A DNA stretch of 64,000 nucleotides from Mobula birostris (taxonomy: Eukaryota), in the NCBI RefSeq assembly GCF_030028105.1, contig NC_092379.1, forward strand, positions 87,097,006-87,161,005, read 5' to 3'. Made by a program: the position numbers and the translations under genes. Numbering within the stretch: the first letter of the stretch is position 1; each line of letters opens with the position of its first letter. Below, piece by piece: positions 13,417 to 26,070 of this stretch. Under the pieces are notes generated by a model. That model did not search any database. It was given only the letters and a program-made list of their open reading frames with translations, and was not told where the DNA came from.

Positions 13417-13870
13417 AGTGTGTCGTGGGAAAGCAGCATCCATCATCAGAGATCCTCACCACCCAGGCCATGCTCTTTTATCGCTGTTGTCATCAGACAG
13501 AAGGTACAAGAGTTTCAGGGCTCGCACCACCACGTCCAAGACCAGTTACTAGCCCTCAGCTATCGGGCTCTTGAATAAAAGGAGATAGGTACACTCACTT
13601 GCCCATCCGTTGGAACATTCTCACAACCAATGATCTCACTTTAAGGACTCTTTGTCTTGTTCTTTTATGTTCTCATCATTTATTGCTATTTATTTATATT
13701 TGCATTTGCACAGTTTGTTGTCTTCTGCACTCAACTTGATCTTTCTTTGATCCTGTTATAGTTACTATGCTTTAGATTTGCTGAGTATGCCAACAGAAAA
13801 ATGAATCTCAGAGTTGTATTTGGTGACATACAGTATATGTACTCTGTTAGTAAAATTTACTTTGAACTTT
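13417..13870 (+). mobile_element. Rex1/Babar-like LINE 3' end inserted in ERV pol
   Basis: KAASIIRDPHHPGHALLSLL..RRYKSFRARTT; tail AAATTTACTTTGAACTTT; same family as 5570-6212. Confidence 0.88.
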
Positions 13871-14327
13871 AATGCTGCCCCCCTCCACTTCTATGGGTTT
13901 ACAAATCCACACAGTCCAAGCTGCACAGTCCAAGGATGTGCACACTTGGGAAGTCTGGCTACACAGGAGTCTGTTTTGTTGAATAGTATGCTACTGGTCT
14001 TTTAGTGTCCCCATGGTCCTGTGCTAATATTGCATTGTAATACTCTCCTTCATTGCTGCAGTAAAGTTGAAAGGGGTGAGTCACATCTGGTAATCCTAAA
14101 GTAGGTGCAGAAACTAGAGATTTCTTAATATTCAGAAGACAATGTCTTCTACAGACCTCCCACTTTACATCCTCCAAAAGAGGCTTCACTCTTTTGACTA
14201 AAGCCTGTACTGGGGCCACGAGTGCTGCAAGTCCTGATATGCGACAATAATTGAACAGTCCCTTTACCTTCCTCACTCCCCTCGCATTGACTGGACAGGG
14301 CATGAACCAACTGCTGTCCTACAGTCA

Positions 14328-15213
14328 ACGTTCTGCGCCATTCATGACTCCTGAGATGGTGAAGCAGTTCATACCCAAATGCAGCAGGACCTGGACAATA
14401 TCCAGGCTTGGGCTGACAAGTGGCAAATAACATTCAAGCCACACAAGTGCCAAGCAATGACTACCTCCGACAAGACAGGCTCTAGCCATCATCCCTTGAC
14501 ATTCAGTGGCATCACCATCACTGAATCCCCAACTATCGACATCCTGGGGGTTACCATTGACAGGAAACTGAACTGGTCTAGCCATATAAACACCGTGGCT
14601 ACCACAGCTGGTCAAAGACTAAGAATCCTGTGGCGTTTAACTCACATCCTGACTCCCTAAAGCCTATCCACCATCTACAAGGCTAAGGTCAGGAGTGTAA
14701 TGGAATACTCGTCACTTGCCTGGATGAGTGCAGCTCCATCAACACTCAAGAAGCTTGACACCATTCAGTACAAGGCACCTCATTTGATTGGTACCTTTTC
14801 CACAAACATCCAATCCCTCCACCATCAACAAACAGTTAGAGCAGTATGTACTACCTACAAGATGCACTGCAACAACCCACCACAGTTCCTAAGGCAGCAC
14901 CTTCCAGATCCACGACCACTACCATCTAGAAGGACGGGAACTGCAGATACTTGGCAACACCACCACTTGGAAATCCCCCTCTAAGTCATTCACTATCCTG
15001 ACTTGGAAATATTTTGCCGATGTACCATTGTCTCTGGGTCAAAATCATGGAATTCCCTCCCTAACAACACTGTGGGTGTACTTACACCTCAGGGACTGCA
15101 GTGGTTCAAGAGGGCAGCTCATCATCACCTTCTCAAGGGCAACTAGGGATGGGCAATAAATGCTGGCTTAGCTGGCAATATCCACATCCCAGAAATGAAT
15201 AATAAAATAAAAA
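14328..15213 (+). mobile_element. Non-LTR retrotransposon (CR1/L2-group-like) RT C-terminus inserted in ERV pol
   Basis: MQQDLDNIQAWADKWQITF, ILGVTIDRKLNW, MEYSSLAW; A-rich tail; 5-bp TSD AGTCA at 14323-14327/15214-15218. Confidence 0.9.
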
Positions 15214-15719
15214 AGTCATCTGACTTGCCCTTTCTTTCCTGTGAGATAATATGCCTCACGGGTTGCACTGTTTACTTTCCTATTTGGGCCTTGTGTGGCC
15301 TGGATTTAAATCTCTGATGCTGTAATACTTCTAGAACACTAGCTTTTGCTCCAGAATGCCCTACTTCCTCTGAAGAGATGAACGAATCACCTATATGTTG
15401 TAGAATTGTACTATGGTATATCAAGTCAAGCTTGCCCAAGGTTGGTGACATGACTTCATAGGAGATGGCAGGGCTATGTAGAAACCCTGAGGTAGTCTAG
15501 TCCATGTATACTGTTGTCCCTCTAAGGTGAAGGCAAATCAGTCCTGAAACTCGGGAGCGAATGGCCGCCCCCCCCTAGAATCCATTGGTAATGTGTAGGA
15601 CTGTGAATAGTCTATATGCTGGGAAGAGGCATAAAATTGACAATATCGACATAACTCCAGAATACTCCCTAACAATCCCTATCTCCTCTATCTCATTTTC
15701 TCAGCAAACTAACTCAATA

Positions 15720-15860
15720 ATGAATGTGTGTCTTTGGACATGGGAAGAAACTACATCACCTGGGCAAACTCTTCACAGACAGAACCACAGATCAGGATCA
15801 AACCCAGTTCACTGGAGGTGTGAGGCATCAACACTACCTGCTGAGTCATTTCACCAGCCT
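15720..15860 (-). mobile_element. Degraded V-SINE fragment
   Basis: GTGTCTTTGGACATGGGAAGAAAC...GGCAAACTCTTCACAGACAG...GGATCAAACCCAG resembles 245-390. Confidence 0.55.
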
Positions 15861-15963
15861 TTTTATGACTACAGGCTAAAAATAACCCAGACTTGAGTCC
15901 TCACCAACATTGTTCCCTAAATGAGATCCTACCACAGCCACAAGGAGAATAATAATAGATTAC

Positions 15964-16049
15964 TTGCTTAATATCTGCAAGACAGAGTCCAGAGACGCAA
16001 ACTCCCATGGCAAAGTTTTCCACCTCAGCCAAACAACTGATGAGGTATC
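15964..16049 (-). pseudogene. Candidate exon, 86 nt
   Basis: TGTGTTTACAG acceptor, CAA|GTAATC donor; two open frames (YLISCLAEVENFAMGV.. / DTSSVVWLRWKTLPWEFASLDSVLQILS). Confidence 0.35.
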
Positions 16050-16366
16050 CTGTAAACACATATTTTCAAATTCCATTTTGGGAGTCACCTCACAGAATTT
16101 TTGGTATTTGGGTATTTAAAAATGGAGCTATGTTTAAGCGGGTTTTCATCAACTGCACTACTGTGACAATTCAGCCTTCAAGATCGTCTCATGTATAACT
16201 GTGATCTTAATCAATAAATTAAGCATTTAGTTGACACTGAAATCAGCAATATTAAACATATGTTAATATATCAGTCAAAATGATCAAATAAAAGAAGTCA
16301 GATTCTCAATGAAGAATGAATTGTCAATAAAGAGCAAGCAAGTCAAAGACCTCCTGTTTCAAGAAT

Positions 16367-17501
16367 AGAAAACATAGAAAACATAGAAAATAGGTGCAGG
16401 AGTAGGCCATTCGGCCCTTCGAGCCTGCACTGCAATTTATTATGATCATGGCTGATCATCCAACTCAGAACCCTGCACCAGCCTTCCCTCCATACCCTCT
16501 GATCCCCCTAGCCACAAGGACCATATCTAACTTCCTCTTAAATATAGCCAATGAACTGGCCTCAACTGTTTCCTGTGGCAGAGAATTCCACAGATTCACC
16601 ACTCTCTCTGTGAAGAAGTTTTTCCTAATCTCAATCCTAAAAGGCTTCGCCTTTATCCTCAAACCGTGACCCCTCGTTCTGGACTTCCCCAACATCGGGA
16701 ACAATCTTCCTGCATCTAGCCTGTCCAATCCCTTTAGGATTTTATACATTTCAATCAGATCCCCCCTCAATCTTCTAAATTCCAACGAGTACAAGCCTAG
16801 TTCATCCAGTCTTTCTTCATGTGAAAGTCCTGCCATCCCAGGAATCAATCTGGTGAACCTTCTTTGTACTCTTTGTGGCAAGGATGTCTTTCCTCAGATT
16901 AGGGGACCAAAACTGCACACAATACTCCAGGTGTGGTCTCACCAAGGCCTTGTACAACTGCAGTAGTACCTCCCTGCTCCTGTACTCGAATCCTCTCGCT
17001 ATAAATGCCAGCATACCATTCGCCTTTTTCACCGCCTGCTGTACCTGCATGCCCACTTTCGATGACTGGTGTATAATGACACCCAGGTCTCGTTGCACCT
17101 CCCCTTTTCCTAATCGGAATCCATTCAGATAATAATCTGTTTTCCTATTTTTGCCACTAAAGTGGATAACTTCACATTTATCCACATTAAATTGCATCTG
17201 CCATGAATTTGCCCACTCACCCAACCTATGCAAGTCACCCTGCATCCTCTTAGCATCCTCCTCACAGCTAACACTGCCGCCCAGCTTCGTGTCATCCGTA
17301 AACTTGCAGATGCTGCATTTAATTCCCTCATCCAAGTCATTAATATATATTGTAAACAACTGGGGTTCCAGCACTGAGCCTCGTGGTACCCCACTAGTCA
17401 CTGCCTGCCATTCTGAAAAGGTCCCGTTTATTCCCACTCTTTGCTTCCTGTTTGCTAACCAATTCCCTATCCACATCAATACTTTACCCCCAATACCGTG
17501 T
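16367..17501 (-). mobile_element. CR1 LINE 3' part, relatively young
   Basis: 220-aa and 138-aa ORFs (VTSGVPRGSVL, KFTDDTKLGG, RPHLEYCVQFWSP, RLRGDLIE); (ATGTTTTCT)n tail; candidate TSD AAGAAT at 16361-16366/17502-17507. Confidence 0.95.
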
Positions 17502-17959
17502 AAGAATGTAAAGATATTTCTCTAGGTCTCTGCCACTTGCTAGGGAGGATTTTGCCAGAATGCCTTGTGCATTTAGGCTTGTTTGTGTTAGGTTCTGGTT
17601 ATGAAGTATAATCTTCTGCATAGCTTTGTGAAATCAATATCTCCACCCACCTCTGAGAGGACAAAATATTCCGGTGGTTTGAATTCCAGAGTTGACATAC
17701 TTCATAATTGAGCTTTAGTGATGTGAAGAGCATTTTTGTCCTTGACTCAGAAAGAAACTTAAAAAATACTGAACTAACTTTGAATGAAACAAATATTAAG
17801 GCATTGTGGGCCTTGTTTGTGAGAACTGTATACAAAGGATCAGGGCTGTACTGCAGTATTGAAGGAAATAATAACTAACATTTTATTGTGTAACTGTAAG
17901 TAGTTCTCAATTTATTTCTGTTCTTCCTGCTTGTGACTGCATGCAGCTTTTCATAATTT

Positions 17960-20445
17960 TTCACAATAACTTCCAAGTAAAGGCATTTATCAGCAAATAT
18001 TTTGAAGAATGTGTACCAAAGAGAATTTGGGTGTTTCCAATCCAGAAACGAGAGATGGATCAGGAAATTTACTTCCTACTGAAATCTAGGACCGCAATAT
18101 TCAGGCAGGTGACCCTGATCTTTATAAGAAATCAAAATACGACCTCTGTAAAGTTATCAAACATGCTAAGAGGCAATACCAGTCCATCATTGAATCCCAG
18201 ACCAGTCATCAATTGTAGAAGTGCTTGCATGCTGTAACAGACTATAAAATGAAGTTGGCAACATCACTGACAACATGAGCTCCTTGTATTCTCCCAGTGT
18301 TTTGAACAGAGGTGAATGGGTATGCAACCACCTATCCCAAAAGCTCCCAGTGCCACTAAACCCACAGTCACCATTGCAAATGTAAGATCAGTCTTCTGAG
18401 AATGAACCTCAGGAAAACATCTGGCCCAGATGATGTCCCTGGCCATGGATTTACATCCTGTGTGGATCAGCTGCTGGGAATGTCCCCTGAGCACACAAGC
18501 ACCTGATAGTAGCTCGTAACTAAGTCAACTTCAGAAAAAAATGAATTTTCTGGCTAATCATGCTGAAAAGTCTTGGATGTGTGGGTTTGGGTAATTATCA
18601 GGGGATGGTGACTTTGTTAAAGCTTTGGTAATCACCACATGGGAGGTGACCACCATAAGATCTAGGGACCATGTGGACGGGCGAAGCCCAGGGGATATTC
18701 AACCTGCATACAATCCTAAACCTTTCCATGTTAGCAAACTCAGCCTTGCAGTTGCCAGCTTTTCTGGGTCCAGTTTAAGCATGTAGGCATGGATCAGTGA
18801 GCCAATTGTGCAAATGTGGCGCTTGACCCCATGTTTTGTGACTATAGTTGAGAATGTCAGCTTGGTGAAGGTTGGGAATTTGCCCAGTAGTCGAGTGAGC
18901 TCACATGCAGTGGTGCATGTGCTTGACAGAGTGATCGTGGGTAACTTACTGGGGGAGCAGGGTAACGACCCAAAGTCCTTAACATCCACAAGCCGGCAGT
19001 TCTTAAGTTTGACTAACCGTCTTTGGGTGCACAGGAAATCTGCACTGAGCAGTGGTCTATCCACCTTAGACAGGACAAAGCCCCATGTGTAACATTGTCC
19101 TCTGAAGCAGAGCATCACCTGTTGTGTCCTGAAGTCTGGGTCCTGCTGCCATTGGCACCCTTAACGAAGTTTCGTCACTCTTTACTTTCTGATTAATAGG
19201 CGATAGTGGCAGCGCAAAACTTGAGCACCCGTGTCACAGGGAAAGCATTGCTGTGAAAGAGTATCCATAATGAACAGCAGACAACAGTGGCAGCTGGGAC
19301 CCATGGTGTTCACAGAGCTCTGATGTCCCAGTGTGCTGGTACTGTTGAAGCTATACGGTGGTTGGCATTTCCTGGTGTTTGTATCAAAGCGAGCATGGTA
19401 AGAATACAGACATGGCGTTTTTCTGTTTGCAGCCGCAGTGTTTCATATGTGGAAGCCTTTCTGATTGGACTTATTGAGGCAGGGAAAGGAGGAGGAATTA
19501 TGCACCTCTGCTTGGCTGAGTGTAGACTGCAAGTCATCTTAGCAAGCTCCCTATAGTTTCTCACAGATGCATTCATGAGGGCAATGCGAACTTGATCAGG
19601 CATTTGCTGCATGAAGAATTCTTTAAAAATAAAATAAGGATTGTGATTTCCCAGGAGAGACAGCGTGTAATCCATTAGCCCTGAAGGCCCAGCGTCTCCC
19701 AGGCCAGGCAACTGTTTGGTGCGTTCAGACTCCGGTAGTCCAAAAGTCTGTAATAGGGGAGTTTGCAGTGTGCCATATTTATAACATTTAGACAGGTATT
19801 CAAGCAGACTCACCTCTCTCGCTTCCACAGAACTACTGGGTCACACTAGAATGCAGAAATATCTGGTGTCGTCCGCACAGATCTCTCACTGCACGAATTT
19901 AGCCTTGGCTTGACCAAACCAAGAGATGCCAAAAGAGATCCCAAACCTCTGGCAGTTTCAAAGTAACTGTGCTGGCCAACATGTTGAACAATTCTAGAAT
20001 TCTCCTAAAGCATCAGGGTCACCATTATAGGTTTCGTAAATGAAACAGCAGAGGTGTTTTAAGTTTAAGAGAAACAGCAACAATGACTTTATTGTCAACC
20101 AAACACGGAACATAAAGTGCAGTAAAAACTTCATGTTATTACGTCTTCATGTCCAACCGGCCTTTTAAAGTGAACCCCAACTCAATGTTGTTGTTTGTGA
20201 TTTATGCATGTGTTTCCACCCATTGCATTACCCTACAATATCATGAAAACAACCTTTCCCTCAATGTCAACAAAACAATAGAGCTGATCATTGGCTTCAG
20301 GCAAGGGGGTTAGTGCCAATGCTCCTGTCTACATCAGTGGTGCTGAGGCTAAGAGAGTTGAGTTCCTGGGAGAGAACATCATCCACAGCCTATCCTGGTT
20401 CAACCATAGTGGATGGCGTGGCCAAGAAAGGTCACCGACACCTCT
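17960..20445 (+). mobile_element. Degraded Rex1/Babar-like LINE split by a Gypsy insertion (pieces 17960-18490 and 20240-20445)
   Basis: FISKYFEECVPKRIWVFP; ASGPDDVPG-like region; NNLSLNVNKTIELI after 20240. Confidence 0.7.
18490..20237 (-). mobile_element. Ty3/Gypsy LTR retrotransposon (CsRn1-like): 5' LTR, PBS, gag, protease, start of RT; 3'-truncated
   Basis: LTR 20026-20237 (TGTAGG...CCTATA); PBS TGGTGACCCTGATG at 20011-20024; gag TLKLPE..WFGQAKAKF and FKEFFMQQMPDQVR; protease CDTGAQV (~19230); PLLSADFL, TKHGVKRHICT. Confidence 0.88.
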
Positions 20446-20795
20446 GTAAGGTGATAAGAGACATAGGTAGAGTGGACAGCCAGCACATTTTTTTCCAGGC
20501 AGGCAGTGAGTAATATCAGAGTGCATACTGTTAAGGTGATTGCGGGGAAGTAAAGGGGAGAATGTCAGAGGTAGATTTTTTTTTAATATATAGAGAGTGG
20601 TGTGTGCTGGGGTGATGGTAGTGGCCGAGATAATAGGTACATTTAAGAGACTCTTACATAGGCAGAAGGGTGAACAAAATATGAAGGACTATGTGAGAGG
20701 AAAGGGTTATATTGATCTTGGAGTAGGTTAGAAGGTCAGCACAACATCAAGGAACAGAAGGTCCGTACTGTGTTGCACAGTTCTATATTCTATGT
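20445..20795 (+). mobile_element. CR1 3' end fragment
   Basis: KVIRDIGRVDSQHIF; 3' UTR ending TTCTATATTCTATGT. Confidence 0.8.
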
Positions 20796-22460
20796 ATTTC
20801 ATAAGGAGGCTAAAGAAAATTGGCATGTCCCCATCAACCCTTACCAATTTTTATCAATGCATAATGGAAAGCATCAGAAAGTTTCAGAACTTATACCAGA
20901 AAACATGATCAATAAAATTGACACATTGTAAAGATATTTGGTTTATTTGTGTCCTTCTAGGAATGTAACCTGCTACCTTTATATAATCCAAGAAGGATAT
21001 AATTCTAGAGTGGCTGGATGTGGTTAGGTCTTGATGCTCTCTGAAGCTAAGAAGTTTTTAAACAATTTTTGATACTGGTTTATAATTAAGTGGCTTGTTT
21101 GTGTACTATTACTGAATCAAATTATTAACAATAACTGATTCATTAACCATGAGAAAACAAAGACTACATCCATCTAATTGACCATTGGAATCTACCCTGT
21201 TAAAAATGGGGACAAATACCACATTGATAAAGCTATTCCATCTATCATCAAAAACTTTCCTGGAAGCTCTATTTATTAATTGATTGATGTTCTGCGCTCT
21301 TTCCTCACTCAGTGTGCTTTGTCCCACCAATAGGACAAATCCACCAGACATGAGGTGGTGTTGCTGCTGGCTCTATTTTCCAGACCCAGGAGCTATAACT
21401 TACAATTGTGACCTGAAGAAATTGTGGCTACATACAGCATAAAGTATTTAACAAAACATATGCGTATATTTTGGGGTACCTTGAAATTTAGTCTCAGAGG
21501 ATACTTATTTTGAAGATGCCATGGGATCCTTGACAAAGGAAGTATTTTATTAACAGATTGTGTGAAACAATGAAACATTACTCCAAATAGCACTAATGTT
21601 CCATCAGAATGTCTCACTGTATACATAACTTGAAAGTGATGGATGATTATAAGGCATAACCCCCCCTGCAGTTTTAATGATGAATGCACCAATAGAGCCC
21701 TGAAAGCATTTGCCACCGAAATATCAATATCGTCACATGTTGTTATAGCTTTGCATCCTTTTGAAATCCTTGTCACGCCCTTTTTATTATTGCTGTCTAA
21801 TTGTTGTTCCACAATCATATGAAAATTGCTGAATAAATATTGCCAGATGCTATTAAACTTCCCTCTCTAGGCATTTCTGGGCATTTTTTTCTCTACAGTT
21901 TCCAGTGGAAGTAAAAATAGACATTTTTACTGAATGCCAATATCCTCGCTACCAACCACAATACTGTTATCTTCATGAAACTGCAAAGTATGTTTTCATC
22001 ATTGGTGCCTGAAAATAAAATTAGGAGCAGGTAACAAAAAGAAAATAATTGAATTAATATCTGTAATTTACATAATATTAAAGATAATTTAACCCATATT
22101 TCTTGCTCTCATTATCTAGTTTGCAAGAGCATATATCCCAGTTTCTGTATGCCTACTGCTACTGTATCTGAAAGATGTTACAGTAGAAATACCCAACATC
22201 CTTCCTACATCTACCCAAGTTAAATGATGGCCGGTACTATCATTTAGATAAATAACCTGAATCCAGGTTTTATTTAACTCAACCAAATTATTCAACATTG
22301 TTAATATGGAATGACATTGCTGTTGTGGTTTTGTCCTGAGTGATGCACACAAGGGGCTCGCTGGCCTAGCCTGAAAGGAACACCCAATCTCAGCAGGATT
22401 GTTTTTTAGATGTATTTTGCCAGTCACTTCAAAATGGTAAAATGCTTCTGAGGTAAACTC

Positions 22461-22622
22461 AAACAACAGGAATTCTGCAGATGCTGGAAATTCAAGCAAC
22501 ACACATCAAAGTTGCTGGTGAACGCAGCAGGCCAGGCAGCATCTCTAGGAAACGTCGACTGCACCTCTTCCTAGAGATGCTGCCTGGCCTGCTGCGTTCA
22601 CCAGCAACTTTGATGTGTGCTG
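22461..22622. mobile_element. Penelope-derived fold-back (inverted pLTR) insertion
   Basis: Perfect 52-bp inverted arms 22500-22551/22568-22619 with a 16-nt loop; 13-bp TSD CTGAGGTAAACTC at 22448-22460/22623-22635. Confidence 0.92.
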
Positions 22623-23668
22623 CTGAGGTAAACTCTCTGATTTCTATCTATATATACTCTCTATCAATGTAAAACCTTAAAAACATTCATTTTACTTTGC
22701 ATTTGAGAACTCTAAATTTGGTCTACCATTGATCAGTTTGTGAGAACAGGATGTGGTATCCACTGGAAGTTAAAGCTAAAAAGTGCCTCTGGTGTTATGG
22801 TGATACAACGCAATTACCAAACCAAATTGGTTTCCTGGACTTCAGGCCTTCAACAGGCAGAACAGATCAAGAAAGTTAAATTTCTTATCAATATTTTTAT
22901 TGCCGTTCATCATTTTGTCTTCGCCTTTATTTTCTATTCCTGAGCCGTTCCCTCATGAGCCCAAGCATTGTCCATAATGGCTGCCATAAAAGTGAGTGTG
23001 GAAATAAAGATATGCAAAACTACATGCAGCTTCATTTTGAGTGAAATGCCACATTGGTGCGTTCTTCCACCTTCACTAATACCAACTTTTTTTTTGCACA
23101 TCACGTAAACATTGTGCTCCTGAGGTAATTGAACCATTGACTTGGTCTTAACAATAGTAATGCTTGGTTTGTATTCTGATTTCTTGAGTTGCCTTACACA
23201 TGACCTCTATCTTTTTCTTTACACATTCCTGATGGGTCTTTAATTATTTGCTGCTGTACTTTATTTGTTTATGTTTTTGTGCTCTGTGCAGTGTGAAAAT
23301 AACAGGAACTGAGATGATTTAAACAGTGTACCCATGCAGAATTTCAAATGCTGAAAGCTTTCATGCAGATTTGTCATGCTGTGCACAGTGAGAAAAGCCA
23401 ACATCTAACATTAAGCTTTCATTTAATGATACTGTTAGTTGAGTTTTCTTTATTGCATCTTTTCTCAAGTTAGATTTTTTTCCTGGTACTTTCTTAGAAA
23501 TACTGTCCTTAAATTGATAGGCTCAATTTAAATTAGAATACTCTGCAATTCAGGGCACTATAACTTTGCATATTAATTGTTGTCACTTTTGTGGTCATGA
23601 GCTTCATGCACCTCCCCACAAAGTATGGTTGACTGTATGTTGGGTTCTTATTCCAATTACATACAGTG

Positions 23669-23703
23669 ATAAATAATAATAATGATAATAATAATAATAA
23701 TGA
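23669..23703. repeat. (TAA)n microsatellite
   Basis: Seen directly. Confidence 0.9.
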
Positions 23704-25260
23704 TCTGTTAAAACACATTCTATTGCTCATTCCACTCTCTCTAAATGCAGTCATTGAAAACCCTCCATACATGTCATTGCTTTCTCCTTTCCCAAAAGAT
23801 TCATTCACACATTTTCAATATCACAATACTAACCACTCCACAGATTTGTTGACTCCTTTTGATTTTCTAAAAGAATTTTCATCATTCACATTGTGTTCAT
23901 TTCTTGTCCTGAGAAGTCAGTAGAAATTGGTATCATTTTTTCCTCAGCCTCCACTTAATTCTGGCAATTTATTCATGATAACATACCACCTCAATAATCT
24001 CTTGTATATTTCTTAAAGTAATTAAATGATTGATGTCTACACTTAAGATCTCATCTTCTCACAAAGTATTACCTGTGGATTGCATGCTCCAACTGTCATT
24101 CTAATATTCTGTTTCTAAACGTTAGATTTTTACCATGGTGTTAACATACTAATTTATTCTTGCTGTTTAAATTAACTCTTCCTAAGTCAAGGTTTCATTT
24201 CCATCTCAAATGCTTCTCCTCCACTGAGCTTACCTGAACTCCATTTCATTTGAGCTCATTTTCTCATCTAATTTCTTAGTGCATATGGCATTGTTGAGGC
24301 TTGTAATATATTGTCTTTGCATGTGGCTGCATATTTAAGTGGGTATTATGATCTATGATTCTAGTGTATTTAACCTGGATCATTTCTGCTTACTTTATCA
24401 ATAAGATAGTCAGCATCCAATTTTGAAGCACATATGCTGATCATTTCTCCCTAATCAAGCTTCAGTTCTCTGAAACAACTATTGTCCTTCAAGATTAGTC
24501 AAGCTACACTTTGCTAACTATTGTGACTGATTAATCACTTCATTTGGCCTCAGGTCTGTAATACTTTGTCTGAATTATTATCAAAATTATTATGTTCTTC
24601 ATTAGTGGAATATCACTGGATTTATTCAGGAATTAGTTACTTCTATGATTAGTCAATCTGCTGCTGTGTTGAGCAACCGCCACTTAATATACCTTCACTT
24701 TTAAGTCATCCTGATTTCCAACATTTTTGCTAGTGATGTAACTGCTACAAAAGTAAACCTCCATTGTTCTCTCTGATTTCAGTTTTAAATGAAGAAGTCA
24801 CATCATTGGAATTCTTTTGGTTACCTTTGTGTTAGACAAAGTCATTGGGGATGTATAGCCTTTTTGATATACTGAATTGGCATAAATATGATGGCTAGCT
24901 CCTGTTATATCTATAATAGTAATCCATGCCTCTTTCACCCATGTACTTTATGTTTTGCTTTCACTCACTAGCATTTTCACAGTAAACTGCATTTATGTTT
25001 GTACCTTGCACTGGATAAAATCCTTTATCAATCCATGATGCAATTTTCAAGAATGGTGTGATTTTTATGTAAAATCATAGGTGAGATTCTGTATGTAAAT
25101 TTTTGTTAAGTAAACAGCAATCATAGCATTTCATACAGTGCAGAGTATAAAAATATGCCAGGACTGTAGAGGGGAACTACTATAACACTATGGCTTTACT
25201 GACAGCCTCAGATACCCTTTAGTTCCTAGATGCATATTCATTGCTCTTCATAATTTTTCA

Positions 25261-25402
25261 AGGATTTGGATTAAAATGATCCTATAGCGTGCAGTACTTT
25301 ACTAAAACGGCGTTAACATAGGTATGTAGAGGATTTGGATTAAAATAATCCCATATCTTATGCACTAGCTTACTAGTAAAACATTAACTTAGGTAGGTGG
25401 AT
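25261..25402. repeat. Diverged 69-bp tandem duplication
   Basis: AGGATTTGGATTAAAAT starts at both 25261 and 25330. Confidence 0.8.
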
Positions 25403-25739
25403 GCATTCTCATCTTTACCATCAGTTTTTGCTACTTGCACTGAATAATGTCACTATTTCTATGTATATGCAGAAAGTCTCAAGCACCCGATCATACAAAG
25501 GAAGGCTGCAATCTAACTACTTCTTGTCAGAGCAGCCATTTCGTAATTTTTTTTTGATGGTGTCACACTCAGAGGGTGAGATTTCCAAATATTTCCCAAA
25601 GTCACAGGCATGGAGGCAAGCAATGGAATTAGTCCCTTTGGCTCACTGGGTCTGTGATAACGATCAAGCACCCAGATATACTAATCCTACACAAGTTCTG
25701 CTTCTTCTCACATTCCCATTAACTCACATAGATTATATT

Positions 25740-26070
25740 AAAATAGAATTTTATTATCATTGCTCAAGACAATGAGATTGTGATTGCAGTGCTACTCCAG
25801 ACCATACGAAACGGCTTAATTAAAACAAATATTTCTGTATATACATGCAAGAAGTGACTTTGGTAGTCCGTATCACTCAAAGGCCATTGGCAAGCTGGGA
25901 TGCAGCATTGTCCAGCTGCACAACAGCCTTCAGGAAGAAGCTTTTTTTCAGTCTAACCATCTAGGCCAGATGGCAGGAGATTGAACAGATAGTTCCAGAA
26001 TGGGAGGGGTATTTAACGATGTTACCAGCATGCTGGAGGCATCGAGAGTTGTAGATTGACTCCAAGCCCA
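25740..26070 (-). mobile_element. Degraded Rex1/Babar-like 3' fragment
   Basis: LLPSG / KKSFFLKAV-type terminal motif on -, followed by 3' UTR. Confidence 0.55.

Larger units (their letters stand above)
11650..15660 (-). mobile_element. pol: Endogenous retrovirus pol remnant (RT - tether - RNase H - integrase), interrupted by two LINE insertions
   Basis: RT FTVLHITNGF*..FAFTLEGQQYTWTRLPQG/FLHSPAI (15420-15620); GLFNYCR..SAPTLGLPDVTHPFQLY..RPVAYYS (13959-14303); RNase H SSAQVTEF..VNIYTDIRYAFGVV (~12950-13150); integrase FTRWVEA..ILPRWGTP..DQGPHFTG (12075-12344). Confidence 0.92.
20900..25400 (-). pseudogene. Putative decayed giant exon of unidentified host gene
   Basis: Non-repetitive, purine-skewed on -; chain of residual minus ORFs (21109-21351, 21393-21818, 22116-22502, 22934-23137, 23533-23808) plus stop-broken N/K/S/E-rich frames such as NQKNSNDVTSSFKTEIRENNGG and STNEEHNNFDNNSDKVLQ. 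Confidence 0.5.
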
